64,000 nt of DNA from Trichoplax sp. H2 (lineage: Eukaryota). Of this stretch, positions 50,801 through 64,000 are shown piece after piece. The notes below the pieces were generated by a model that was not told the origin of the DNA, made no database searches, and saw only the letters and a program-made list of their open reading frames with translations. The stretch spans positions 744,001 through 808,000 of the forward strand of contig NOWV01000012.1 of assembly GCA_003344405.1 (NCBI GenBank), given 5' to 3'. Each line of letters begins with the position of its first letter. Within the stretch, counting starts at the first letter, position 1. Made by a program: the position numbers and the translations under genes.

Positions 50801-53402
50801 CTATAGGAATATTACTAACTGTCAAGGATTAAGTGAAAGAAACTACAGTATGTATTAACTCAATTAAATTTGATAAAATCAATGCAACCCTATAGGCAAG
50901 ATTTATATTTATTAGCATATTGAAGTGTACGAATATTACTAAGTTTTACAGTCTAATTCTCTAAATTGATTTTTGTATTGTAAGAGTAACAGTAATAACT
51001 TCAAAAATCAAACTGCCGCAATAAAAAAATACAGAAATTTAGTAGTTTATGAGAATGTGTACACGAAACAGCAATAAGAATTTTCGAATCAATGGCGCCT
51101 AAAAGAAGAGAAAGCAGTCGAAACCATGAAACTGTAAGTAAAGGACGTCTATCCATTTTATAGATGAAAATGATCAATCATTCGTAGTAAAACTGTTTTA
51201 CATTTATTAAAATTATGTAATCTATGAAGCTGTTACATAATTGATAATTTCCGGCCATGGATTACTTATTACTGCGAAATGAAGTAACATTGTAGTGTAG
51301 ATCAGCATTTGCTATTTCTTTATTAGTTTGATTATTTTTTTAGAAGTTATGTTATATTGTGTTTACCTTCCGCTTGCTAAGGTAATTTAAACCTGGCATA
51401 ATGAAACCAATGAAAATAAGTCTAAAATAATATTCCGTTGCCATCCATTTATTACAATGTATATTTAGTTGGTTTACCATTTGCCATAGAGTTACTTTTT
51501 ATAGCCAAATTCTTATCTTATTTTATTAGTAAGATAATTTGGTACATATCAATAGTGTGCGTATCTGTGATGTTGTACACCGTTATATAGATAATTATTT
51601 ATTTTTATAAACTATTTTAGCATAGATAATTAATTATTGTTTATTTCACTGCACTATAAATTAGTTGTCTTTCAAAAAATTTTTTGAAGTTTGGTCTAGA
51701 GAAGATGTGCTGTTACCGTAGCCTCCTGACGATAGGAGGCTGTGTCACACTGTACTAGGCAAATGTCGATGAGGACGAACTTGATGATCTGCTCTTAGAC
51801 GTTTAATTTCTCTTTGCAAATGCAGATTAATAGTACAATAATAAGCAAAGGTTTAATAGACAGATAAAAACTTGATTAAGAATCATTATCAATACATTCA
51901 TGTATATGGTCTATCTTTAGCATTACGGTCCATCATTCTAGAACCAAATTGCAACGAATCGTAATAATGATTGTTATATTATTATCGTAACCGCCCTTTT
52001 AATGAGCCCACCTTGGGAGCGAAGTGATATGGGTTTATTATTCGACAGGTCTTCAGGTTTTCCTACATACGAGAATATATCATCTTTTAAATTGTCTACA
52101 TTATTATTTATTTAATAAATTTGTCTGGAGTTAGCTATTTTGTAGGTTGATGTGGAGAAGATTTACATAAATCGGTATTAAATTTATCGGACTTTGCATC
52201 AACTTAAAATCTTTGCACTTAAGACTAATACGTAATTATTGTCACGAAATATATAGGCGTATATCGTGATTCTGATTCAGTGCCTTCGTAGTAGGTAATC
52301 ACCTGGGAAAAATAAGCGTGTAAAGTGGAGACTTTAGGCTTATAGAGCAGGATTTTTTGATTAAAACATATCTACCGCTTAACTATATAAAGACATTACA
52401 TAATAAATTTTTTATTATTTACAGTATCATGTGCAGTAAACTACAGAGTAGTGTACACACATAATTATGTTTTATATTGTGATCTGTTCCATGGGTCTTA
52501 TTGCTCTAAGATTAGATCTGGTCGTTTCGAATTAGAGCTCTTGTCTATTACGGGTAAACATCCAATATTATGGTAAAGTATCAAGCTGAAAGTAGATACG
52601 TTGTTACATCTCGAAATTTAAAACTTGAAAGACACTGTAGAGAGACTCTATACAAATACAGGTAGAAACAATTTATTTAGTGACATTACTCTTTATTACT
52701 GCACTCTTTATATTACTGCCAACATGAATAAATTTATTAAAAGACGAAGGAGAAAGATAAAGTAACGCATTCATATTCTAAAGTTTAGTTTAGGCTTTGA
52801 GCAATATTTCTGTTGTAAAATGTCAATTAACTTAATGTTACAATTTCTATCGGAATTTTATTTATAGGATTGAAATAAAACGATAAGCTTTTATCCTTTT
52901 AAGCACTAATTCATGTAGCCATTCATGTATAACTATAATTTAAGTATAGGAAAACGTATAAGCATATTTCATAAGTCGTGCTTGCAATATACTATATCAA
53001 GATACTAATATTGTAAATGTGTACTCGTACTGTGTTTACGGACATAAAGTATCACAATTATTACAGATAGTGGTAAAATAATATAATCTAATTTCTCAAG
53101 ATCAATTAACTTTATATAGTGTAAAGAATAATTCCGTAAAAGATATGTCACATGGTACAATTATGTTAAATTTTTAAATAAATAATAATTATAAATATTA
53201 GGCTGATATAAATTAACAATTTTATGAATAAGTTGGACGAATTACATTTAAGTTGATTATATTAAAGTAAATGTTGATAATTAATTAATCAGTATCAGGT
53301 TACACAACGAAATGTATATAATATTGAACAACTCTTTCAGTCTCAATTTTAAAAGATTTACCAGACTCTACAACCACGATGAGTAAGGCTTTGATGTTTA
53401 AT

Positions 53403-53945
53403 ATGTCTAATATTAGTATAATATATAGAAATCTTAATATCTTTTACAATTATGTCAGTCTAGCCAGTGGCATCTTATTGTATACGTATTATGGGATTTC
53501 TTGCTAATTTATTTATATTATATATTTTAATTCATGATGAAAGTTTTCAATCTATTCCATATAAGTTAATTCGAGCTTCTATTATCTCCGATATTTTATC
53601 AAGTTTAACCTTTAGTATTGCAGGTTTTTAGTATCTCAATAATTTACTTATGCTGAAGGTACAACTAGTTGTAGAATTGTTTTATTTCTTACATTTACCT
53701 CCAATGGTGTGTATGCTAAATCTGTGCTCAATTGCTATCGACTGTTACTTTTCTATCATCAAACCTCAAAACCGAGGCTATCTATCGTTTACATCACCGA
53801 CGTATTTTCTTTATTAATCAAATTTTAACTTGGATAAATTCTAGTTAGAGAAAGAGAAGGAGAAGAAAGATAAAAAAGATTGTTTATTAAAATGTTGATT
53901 ACTATTGCTTTATGTTATATTCTGATTGCTTGGCCGTTTTATTAT
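53403..53945 (+). pseudogene. GPCR pseudogene of the same family; TM1-TM4 start joined to TM6
   Basis: ATG at 53403; FQSIPYKLIRASIISDILSSLT, then in-frame TAG, frameshifts, IAIDCYFSIIKP, then FIKMLITIALCYILIAWPF. Confidence 0.85.
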
Positions 53946-56255
53946 ATTGATAATCTTGCTAATATCGTAAATTTTCTTTCTTTAATGATCTTGTATTTGC
54001 ATCAGTTCTGCGTATTAACTAGTTATGGTATCTCTATTTCCGTGAATATCCGTAGAAGACTTAGATTGGATAACATTAATTATCAGCTCATAATAAGGTT
54101 AAGACTAAAAATTGTACCCAAGAGCTTAGAATGCCGGTGGCTAGGGCACCTATTTATTTCAAAGTTTCTTATATAATCTTATGCGTATACTTCGTTCGAC
54201 TACTATCTTCAGTTTTATATGACAGACTAAAGTTATTGTTGGCCGTTTTTAATTTTCAGATTTGATAGTTAAGGCATGATTCATATGGTTAAGATACATT
54301 TATTTCAGTATATTACTTACATGAAGAGCATTTATTATATATCTGATAACCCAATCTTTCTTTTTTATAAAATTATACATAATTTAATAGATACCGTAGC
54401 ATAAATTATAATTGTCTAGAATTAAAAAGTAAACTATCTTAGGAACTGTGATAGGTTTCTACTTCAAGTTCATTCTTAATGTATTATTTGTATTATTTTT
54501 GAGATCTAGGATCTAACTACGGTTAGCTAATCACAGGCAATGATTATATTAAAGCACTCTTAATTAGTGAGAAATAGTGGTTAGAATGTTTCATTTGGTT
54601 GATCATATTGGCTTCTAATGCGAATCTGTTGATTACGGTTGCCTTATAAGAATATTATTTATTGCCAAATTCAAAGATTGCGAACTGTATGATACAAACT
54701 AATGAATAGCGTAAAGAAAAGGAAATATGATAGCTGTAGATCGTAATTTATAACGTTTAGAAATAGATAGTAGTAGCAACCTAGTCAATTCACATCATCA
54801 TAATTGTTCATATGATATATCATAAAAGGCTATAAAAACTTTGAGCTTGTCGTAACAGTAAAATAATATAGCTTACACCTAATTGTAATATAGCCTCATT
54901 ATTATTGAAGAGATAATGGCTGTACGGTATACTAGCTGTCGAGTTATAATTATTTTTTATTGAAATTGGCTTCTATTTATGGCTAAAAGTGAAATGTTGT
55001 ATATTTTAACATATTACATCTTTCCGCTTAATGTAAATGATTTAATTTATACATAGTCGTCTACTTTTAATCATTTATAAATGACTCTTATTTACAGCTG
55101 AATCTGGTATGCGGTAAACTTCTAGAATTAAGTTTTTGTTTATATTAAAGACACTATTCTGATATAAATTAGTAATTACGACTAATGTTAGGGAGTTTAT
55201 TTTCTCATATAATCAATTAAAATTAATATATTAAGTGAAAGAGTCCTATAGTTAAATTGTCATGTTTATCTACTGAAGAGATGGATATTTTAAATCTGAA
55301 GCGGACCTAATACAAGAATTAATATTTGCCAACCTCTCTTAAATAGATACATTCGATATCGGAGCAAGAGAACTTCTTCAGGAATAGAAGATACCTGGCA
55401 TTAGACTTTCAGCTATTAAATATTTCTTAAAGGCAGAGATAAAATTTTTGCTTAATACTATTTAAAATTAAAAACTATTTGTGCTATACCTCAAAATTTT
55501 CATTAAAAATTGTCGTTTAATTTCATTTTATGTAACATTCAATGATATTATTTACAGAAACGACAGAAAGAGATGTAGAGAAATACATTTCGAATATGAC
55601 TATTTCTCTACTTTAGTATTTCATTACTGCTACTGCTACTAATGTTCTAGAATGTACGGTCATAATATATCGTCAGGTTTCTTTGACACTTGTATCTTTA
55701 AAAATTAATAAATGATACGATAGGAATATTTTCATATAATGACGACTCTTTTATCATCCAAGCTGAAATTCTAAGAAAGCGTTTAATTTTTTTCCATCAA
55801 CCCCAAACTGTTTGACATATTAAAATGATTAATTATCGACTATCTGAACATCATAGTAACATGTCCGCTACGTTATAATTCTAGTGAAATTGGGTAATCT
55901 TTATGTGATTAAATGAACTTTGCTGTAGAAATGAATTTTACTTGCATAGCTAGATTATGCTTTTATTCTTCATCTGGGATGTAGCCTGGTAGTAAACTTT
56001 CAATAGCTATCGTAGTGCGACTAATTTGCGTTATTTTAGATGTTGTCGGTCGCTGACTTGATTTACTAGTGCTTGGCAACAATTTGGGTATTGCGATTCC
56101 CTCTTCTTAGCCAGGCTTTACATGAATGATACAATTGGATGTGTGGGATATTTGTTGACTTTTTCTTTTTTTTTTGCTGGGATTGAGTTTGCTGCTGACG
56201 ATGAAGTAGTCTTATCTGTAAGGGCTGAAGGTTTTATTTTACTTGGTATTGATAA

Positions 56256-57218
56256 TTAATTGCCTTGTTTATTCTTTCTTAGTAATACATCGAAAAACTT
56301 AGTTCTTATATTTGAGTCGAATTTAAGATATATGAATGGATTAATAAGAGTAATACCAATACTCGTCCCTAATGAGTAAAATAGGAATAGAAATTCAGCC
56401 AGATTTCTTTTACGTATAGCGAGAACTGATTGACGAGTTACTGCCATACCAGTAATACCAGCGAAAAATGGCCAAGTTGTTAAAACATACCAAAGTGTAA
56501 TAGTAATTAGTATTTTAATAAATTTTTTTTTCTTCAATTCTTGCTCTTGCGGTTGTCTTGAATTTTGTCCTGGTCGTACATAATGCTTTTGATGATAGAT
56601 TATTCGCCAATAAATATTAGCTATCAATGAGCATGGTAGAATATATTGCATAATGCAAAACATGATAATAATGATAGGAATTGCAATGTAACGATCGATT
56701 TCAGGTACATCACAAAGTGTTGGATCTTCTGGGGTTCCGCCAATATAAGGTACAAGAAATAAATTGTAGAATATAGATAATAACCATGATGCGATTTGTT
56801 CGATAAAGAAAATTCGACGACGGTATCGTCGATGGAAACGAGATAGCGGTTTAACAATTGCAAAATAACGATCCATAGCGATTAAACATAAATTATTCAT
56901 GGAGATTCCATTAAAAGTAAATGCGAGATTAAAAATGATTTGGCATAATAATTTACCTGATTGATAAGAGAAATCTTGCGCTACAAGAGAATAACCAATA
57001 ACAGCTGTTAGACTGGACATCGTATCCGATATAACTGAAATGCGAATTAATTTATAGGTGATACTTTGAAAGACCTTTTCTTGAAGTAGAACATAGAGTA
57101 AGAAGACATTTAATATAAATGCGAAAGCAAAAAGAGGAACAAGAGCTATACTTGTATAATAGTATATGACTGAGCCCATATCGATGGTACGATTATTCTC
57201 ATAAGTAGAATTATTCAT
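56256..57218 (-). CDS. Intronless rhodopsin-class GPCR, 320 aa, close paralogue of 46633-47889
   Basis: IAMDRYFAIVKP, TTWPF, NPFIY; collinear with the + strand paralogue (YKLIRISVISD, FSYQSGKLLCQ, HQKHYVRPG). Confidence 0.95.
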   Translation of the reverse strand: MNNSTYENNRTIDMGSVIYYYTSIALVPLFAFAFILNVFLLYVLLQEKVFQSITYKLIRISVISDTMSSLTAVIGYSLVAQDFSYQSGKLLCQIIFNLAFTFNGISMNNLCLIAMDRYFAIVKPLSRFHRRYRRRIFFIEQIASWLLSIFYNLFLVPYIGGTPEDPTLCDVPEIDRYIAIPIIIIMFCIMQYILPCSLIANIYWRIIYHQKHYVRPGQNSRQPQEQELKKKKFIKILITITLWYVLTTWPFFAGITGMAVTRQSVLAIRKRNLAEFLFLFYSLGTSIGITLINPFIYLKFDSNIRTKFFDVLLRKNKQGN

Positions 57219-59909
57219 ATTAGATTTGATGTATATGATTTCGGTTTATGTCAATCTTGAGTTAATTTCAGATATTTGAATGCATACATCGAATTATAGT
57301 AAGTGTATTTGGGTACAAACCGTCCAAATCTTTCAAATCTTCAATTTTGATCTTAATTACGTGATGCAGACTTTTAATTGGATTAGTTAGCTGTTTTAAC
57401 CTTATTATTTTCCGTAGTGTTATTACCAGAATTTCGAAGTAATGGCCCCGTATTAAAAGTAGACTCATACTTGAATAATATATGTTTTATTTTAATTAAT
57501 GTTACTGGATAATAAAAGAAGAGTTATGGTTTAGCCTTTACTTGTAGTATTAATATCTATAATGGCTTTAAGTATTACATAGAATTGAAGACAATAACGG
57601 ACAACATCATGATATTATTTTTTGTATCCTTGTTGAAATGTTTTAAAGTCACTCAAATTTCAGCATGATTATAGAACGGATGTATGTAGTGAAAGCAGCT
57701 ATTTCGGTAATCTATTGTTTAGAGTAATACTTTTATTTTATTTAGTCGAAGTGTAAACATTATCTGACATTCTGTATTCGCTTTATCGATCCATGGGAGT
57801 ATAATGTATAAAATATAATTACCGAATAAATTTCTAGAATTGAATGATTTTAATGGAACTCATTATTAGAATAGTATATAACTTGATCAAGCTCTTAGAA
57901 TACATCTACTTGATTACTCAATCGAATTTATAGTCTACAGGTCAATGTTGTCGAAATTTAACATCAAAAGTGTTTAAAATTTTGGCTTAGATATAGTTGT
58001 AACAAATAGTTCTTTCACTAAAAATTTGCCATAGTCTCCAATTTTAAGAACTATTAAGTTCGTAATAATACATTACAAAGTAGTATCATTTTCAGCTATT
58101 AACTGACATAAACAAAAATTCATAATATTTTGTAAGAAACATAATAGATTCATTCACAAACAAAAAGGATAGCCTAGACTCCCTGAAGGTGACAATAGGA
58201 CTAATCACTGGGTAATGCAATAGTATTTCAAATTGTCGTATTTTATGTACGGTTTTTAGATCTAAGATTTTCAACAAACACTATAATGATGACCTTAGTA
58301 TTCGCTAATAGGGGAAAAAATTATTAGAAAAGCTAGCAAAAGAGATCAATATGGTACGCTACTTTGACTATCAACCTATAGCTTATTGATTGTTATTTCA
58401 GACATTAATTATGCTAGGTTTATAAAAAAGAAAATTATTTGTATCCACAAAACATAGCGAGCTTTTGCATTACATTTTTCTTATGCCAGTATAGTGTGCT
58501 GTTTTAATTATTATTACTTTATTATATATTAAATAATATAGTTGTCGCAATATCACATCTATAGTAATTAACACCTTTAACCAGTTGAAAATCTCCCTTA
58601 AGTATACAAATTTGCATACGGTAGCATTTATTAACGGAATTTAATTATTTTTGATGATATTACTTATATAATTAGATTCAAACCCATTTCCTGGCAGATA
58701 ATATTTAATTCGTTCAACACACAATGCCTAATACTATTTGTTTCTTAGTATAGACTATGTACACTTATTAATGGTATCAACTAAGAAAACCTTCCTAGTT
58801 TTACTTCATTCTTGTTATGTGACGATGTGTTACGGTGTTATCTCATAGTAGAGAAGTTAGTGATATTTAGTGGCATAGCCTTATTCAGATTACGAGATAG
58901 TTCATACTTAGATGATTTGCACTATAATATGCTATTGTGACTAATTCACAATAGATTGTATTCTATATTCTGACTTTATGATTCTGTGAATAGAAGTATT
59001 GTAAACTGACTATCCCTTGTGTTGATTTATTAGATGTCTACATTTTTATATACTGCTGTATTAATTAGGCATTTTGAAATAAATTTATTACCTGATTTAT
59101 AGACACTATTGATACACATTATAACTTCTAGCAACTGAAGAAATGAAAATGAGATTACTATTTGTATAATCAAGCCCTTTCTTAAGTTTAGTGCTTAACG
59201 AAAGACTGAAGGCGTTATACTGGCTGAGAATCTACAAAATTAGGGATAATTATTCCCAAGTATTTGTTAGACAGATTTTAGTGCTGTGATGCATAGTCTG
59301 GGAAGAATATTACAAGATCTGGCCTTTTTATAATCTTATCACAGAACTGGTTTGTGGCAGATAGCATAACTTGTTCTTAAGAAATTATTTTGCAATTTAT
59401 AGTGTATAGAATAATCCTGGAAAAGATGTGTTACATGGAACATTTATGGTAAATTTTAAATAAGTCATTACCGTAAAATATCAGCTTGATATGAATTGGG
59501 AGCTTTATGAATAGGTTGAATGAATAATTTAATCTTAATTCACCTAATGGAAATTGATATAATAGTACAGTAATAAATACAAGAATGAATTAACTCTAAA
59601 ATTTCCAATCAGGTGTTTTCATTAAATTCATTATTAAATGCTATACTGTACAGACAATCGTGTAAATATTTTACAGTTATTTATTTATTGATAAACGTAT
59701 GCATTGCCTGATGTCATCTACGAGAATGATCTACGTTGGTCAATCGTTATTGAGTATTAATTTATCTGTATAATAAAATAAATTCATAGCTGATTATTTT
59801 CAAAGTAAATATGAATAGTTAATAGGTGATTCATACAGAAACGTATACACTATTGAGTAACTCTTTACTTACAAGATTTATTTGACACCAAATAACTGTG
59901 GCTGTAATA

Positions 59910-60540
59910 ATGTCTAACGTATCTGATAGTAGTATAACATATGGTAGTCTTAATATCTTTTGCTACTATGCCAGTCTAGCCAGTGGCATCTTATTGTATA
60001 TGTATTATGGGATTTCTTGCTAATTTATTTATATTATATATTTTAATTCATGATGAAAGTTTTCAATCTATTCCATATAAGTTAATTCGAGCTTCTATTA
60101 TCTCCGATATTTTATCAAGTTTAACCGTTAGTGTTGCAGGTTTTTAGTATCTCAATAATTTACTTATGCTGAAGGTACAACTAGTTGTAGAATTGTTTTA
60201 TTTCTTACATTTACCTCCAATGGTGTGTATGCTAAATCTGTGCTCAATTGCTATCGACTGTTACTTTTCTATCATCAAACCTCAAAACCGAGGCTATCTA
60301 TCGTTTACATCACCGACGTATTTTCTATATTAATCAAATTTTAACTTGGATAATATCAACTGGCTACACAAGAACACTTATGTCTGCTGTTTGAGTCTCT
60401 TATCAAGACCCCATATTATATGATCTACCCAATATTTCAAATGACATGACTGTTTCTATTCGGCTCGTTGGTCTTGTCTTTTACAACACTTTATGCCGTG
60501 TATTGGTATTGCCACCTTTTATACCAAGATAATATTACGA
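59910..60540 (+). pseudogene. GPCR pseudogene of the same family; TM1-TM5 present, TM6-7 missing
   Basis: ATG at 59910; same stop and frameshifts as the 53403 copy; continues into ECL2/TM5-like QDPILYDLPNI..MPCIGIATFYTKII. Confidence 0.85.
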
Positions 60541-61901
60541 ATCTGTAGAATTAGGGATAAGTGTTTTTAAGTGTTTGATAGACAGATTTTAGTGCCTTGA
60601 TACGCGTACGTAGTTTACATAGAGGTAAAAAAACCTAGAGTATATACTCCTATATAATACAGTGCAACTCACTGACACCAGCAATGAAATCTATCCGCTA
60701 TTGAAATGCAAGGCGTAATGATACTGTAACTACATATTTAACTAGTTTTGCTAACCTTATTACGATATTGTTGCATAGATTATCACAATAACTAATCTCT
60801 GACAATTTAATATAGTGATAGATAATTATATATAATCGAACTGATATAATCTAAAGGTGTCGAAATAAGATTTTATAGTAAGTACTTACGTAATAAGTAT
60901 CAAAGTGTACGTGTGCCTTTAACAACTGATACCACTTATTTTAAAATTTCAGCTATTTATTATATTCCGATAAATATTGGGTATGCTTAATACTCGTAAT
61001 TCTAGAATTGATGAATCAACGGAGATAACCTGCTTTTTTGTAACTTGAAATTGACATCAGTTGTCAAGACCATTAAACTGTAGTTACACTACCGTGATCA
61101 GAGCAAAAGAACGATAGAATAATATAATAACAAACATCATACGGTATCCAAGTTATTAGATAGATTAACCATAGTTAATACGGTGTTTGACAGTTATCTT
61201 CAATTATAAAGTTCGTAACAGAGAATTTTTCGCTCCTGCATACTACATGAATATTCACGAAATGAGAAATAAGAACATACGTTTATGTAAACCACAGTGA
61301 CAGCTACCTGAAGTTTATATAAGCAAACATGCAAGTACTTAATAAAGGACCAAATATTTCATCTTATCTCACGAGCTTGTTTAGTCCATATATTTCTAAT
61401 TAGAAGAAAGCATTAAGCCTAAAGATTTATTAAAAAGTCGAAATATCCTACTTAAGCCAAAATTCGACATATATTTTATTCTCACCGACACACATTTTTA
61501 ACATAACTAAATTTTCTGAAGCATTATTTCATCAAATAAGTATACGACAAAATTGCTGAGATGAAAATCGTAATTCGGATTACAATATTAGCTTGCTTGC
61601 GTGCAACAAGACGATTACCAAAAAAAATTCAAAAACTTTCAAGCACTACAGTTTACAGTAATTTATTTCATCAGCCTGACTATATGTTATTATACATAAG
61701 ACAAACTTGATTTTTCCTCCGTCAAATCTAAAAAAATTCGTTAATATCGATTGCCATTTGGTTACTCCGTCATCTGCAACCATAGTATTACATAACAGAA
61801 ACTTGATTACAATAATGACACCGTTTCTTTTACTTGAAAACCATGATAAACAGTATTTTGTACAATATCGTGTGGTTAAGAGAATTTACTAATATAACTT
61901 A

Positions 61902-64000
61902 TTATTTTACAGACAGTTCACTTAAAGATGAAACAACTTCGTTTGTCTCTGATGCTGTTTGATTATCTTGAAATACGGCAGCTAAAGGAAATAACTGGCT
62001 GCAACTTTTTCTATAGGTTTCAATGACGCTTTCAGGTACTTTACCGAAGGTGTCTTTTTGTAAATTTTTGTACACCTTCGCACACACCTACAATAAAGCG
62101 ATAGTCTAGTAAATATCGTGATACGAAATTGCAAATTAACAAAAATAAGGTAATGCAACTAGTAATAAGTATGGTACCGGTAATTCTGTTTCTATATGAT
62201 CATAAGATAGATTACAGCACAATTGAAGGACCCGATCAGAGGCTGAGGGATTTAAAATATTTAGCGCTTCAGCTCCTGCACTTTGATGTGCAATCGAATT
62301 CTTGTTTCTTTCTATAAAATTATCGTTAAATTCTTGTAATTTCATTCCTTCTAATAACGCTTCCAATTCCGTTTCAATAACTTGAGATACAGCTTTGTTT
62401 AAGTCTGCTTTCGCTTTAACTATCGTGGTAGACGAAAAATGTATTACTTAGTAAAGTGTTAATATTATTAAAACAATAGGTAAATTGGTTAATTAAAAAT
62501 TTACCAGCGTAATCTAAAATTAAAGATTCTTGATACCTACCAGCTAAAGCAAATTTGACAATATTTATATGCAACTGAGGATTTTGCGAATCAATATTAC
62601 GTGCTCTTTTCAATGATTGTAGCATCAATAAGTATTTTCCTAGAAATAGATTGAAATTTGTCTGATTGAGATGAAATTTAAATGTAAAGGTGTTCATATA
62701 TTTCTCAGAATGGTTCTTTACCTTTCCTGTAGTAAATATCAAATGCATACAGGTGAGTATCTATTGTTTCAGCACTCCAATCTTGAAGAGGGCGTAAGAA
62801 TTTGATCGCTTGATCTAGGGGGTCTGGTATCTGGTATAGAAATAATTCTTTCGTTATCTTAGATAAATCAAGGTAACAATCTCATCTAGGCAAAAATATC
62901 ATTATAAATCATAGGGTGACGCAATTTCTTACGAAATTGATACCTGAACTAATTTCTTTGGGTCTAATTTAGGTTCGGTGTTGTCGTCTGCTTTCTTTTT
63001 ATCATTGGTGTCTTTGCTGTCAGCTGCAGCGTGACGAAATATAAATAGCAAGGTATAAATTTGTAGTGTATACATAAAATAAAACAAAATAAATATTTAA
63101 CCTTTCTTCTCTTCTTTTAACTCGGCTTTTTTCTTCGCTCTTCTTTGCTTACTTTTTAATTTTTTTAACTCTTTGGCCGTCAGACCGTCTTAACATTATA
63201 AAGTAAGCAAACCGTAATCTGTTACCATTAGCCTTTTAAAAATATAGTGTTATATACTACTGTATACACATAGTTACCAGAATTAACTTCGGTATCTTCT
63301 TCAGTTTCCGTAATTGGGTTATCGTGCAGACTTACATAGGCCTATTTAAGAACATATTTCTTTGTAAGTAACCTACAGTAGATTATTAAATATCATTTAC
63401 AGTATTACTTCATTCCATACCTGAATTGCCAACACTGCACATTTAAAATAAAACGGATGGCTACGTAATATATCTTCCATCCTTAACATACTATAAAGCC
63501 AAAAAGCAAGTCGAAATTTAATAAAAATTTTCTTTGATAAACCCAATGTTAGAGGTAGCAGAATTTCAAGTACATAAAGAACATTTATTTCAAAATTATT
63601 AGACCTGATATAAGCCTTTAACGTCATTTTACGCATACAATACGTATGAAAGTCAAACTGATCTTCGATAATATCTGTAAAATGCTGTAAGTTATGAAAA
63701 TATTAAATTACTTATTTCGGATATTAATATCGCTTATTAAAAAATCTAAAAGATAGTGATCTACAGGAAAGTGAATTAGGTTGCAGTTCTAGGGCGCACC
63801 TTGTCGATTTCATGACATTTCTTTAATGCTTCACCAATCTTTCCTTGTCTTAAGAAACTAGCAGCACATTCAGTTTGAAACCACATGCATTGCATTTCAT
63901 TAAGATTTTCGATAGCCGAGACACCTTCCTAAAAACATTTTATTACATGCCTCCGTTATAAAGGAAATTAATTAACAAGAAATACCCAATATAAGGCTTT
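61902..64000 (-). CDS. NAA15: N-alpha-acetyltransferase 15/16 (NatA auxiliary subunit), 3' part, about 10 exons; gene continues beyond the window
   Basis: Exons translate to [101 protein letters not shown], which are NAA15/Nat1 hallmarks. Confidence 0.95.

Noticed and set aside
46970-56863. Short ORFs overlapping the GPCRs (46970-47173, 47520-47723, 56624-56863)
   Set aside because: Alternative-frame or antisense by-products of the GPCR coding sequences.

Overview
AT-rich eukaryotic genomic DNA with short GT-AG introns and three 20-N assembly gaps. The gene style (compact introns, intronless rhodopsin-class GPCR cluster, multidomain Roco gene) suggests an early-branching animal such as a placozoan; this is inference only. 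In order: a ~137-bp minisatellite; FBXW8 (+); selenoprotein H (-), absent from the ORF track, with an in-frame UGA in a CxxU motif and a form-2 SECIS whose core starts UUGA instead of AUGA; a PARP14-like macro/WWE/PARP gene (-) whose 5' part looks damaged; a 6x109-bp tandem array; a Helitron 3' end next to its own empty site; a ~10-kb multi-exon gene (-) encoding SPRY-SPRY-NHR-Roc-COR-Death-TIR; a ~12-kb gene-poor stretch with a telomere-like/ACTGT-rich element and a hairpin array; two intact and two pseudogenised GPCR paralogues; and the 3' part of NAA15 (-). The most striking item is the Roco-like gene: its P-loop is lost, its TIR keeps the putative catalytic Glu, and it ends in a CaaX box. 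Exon structures were assembled by eye and no database search was run.
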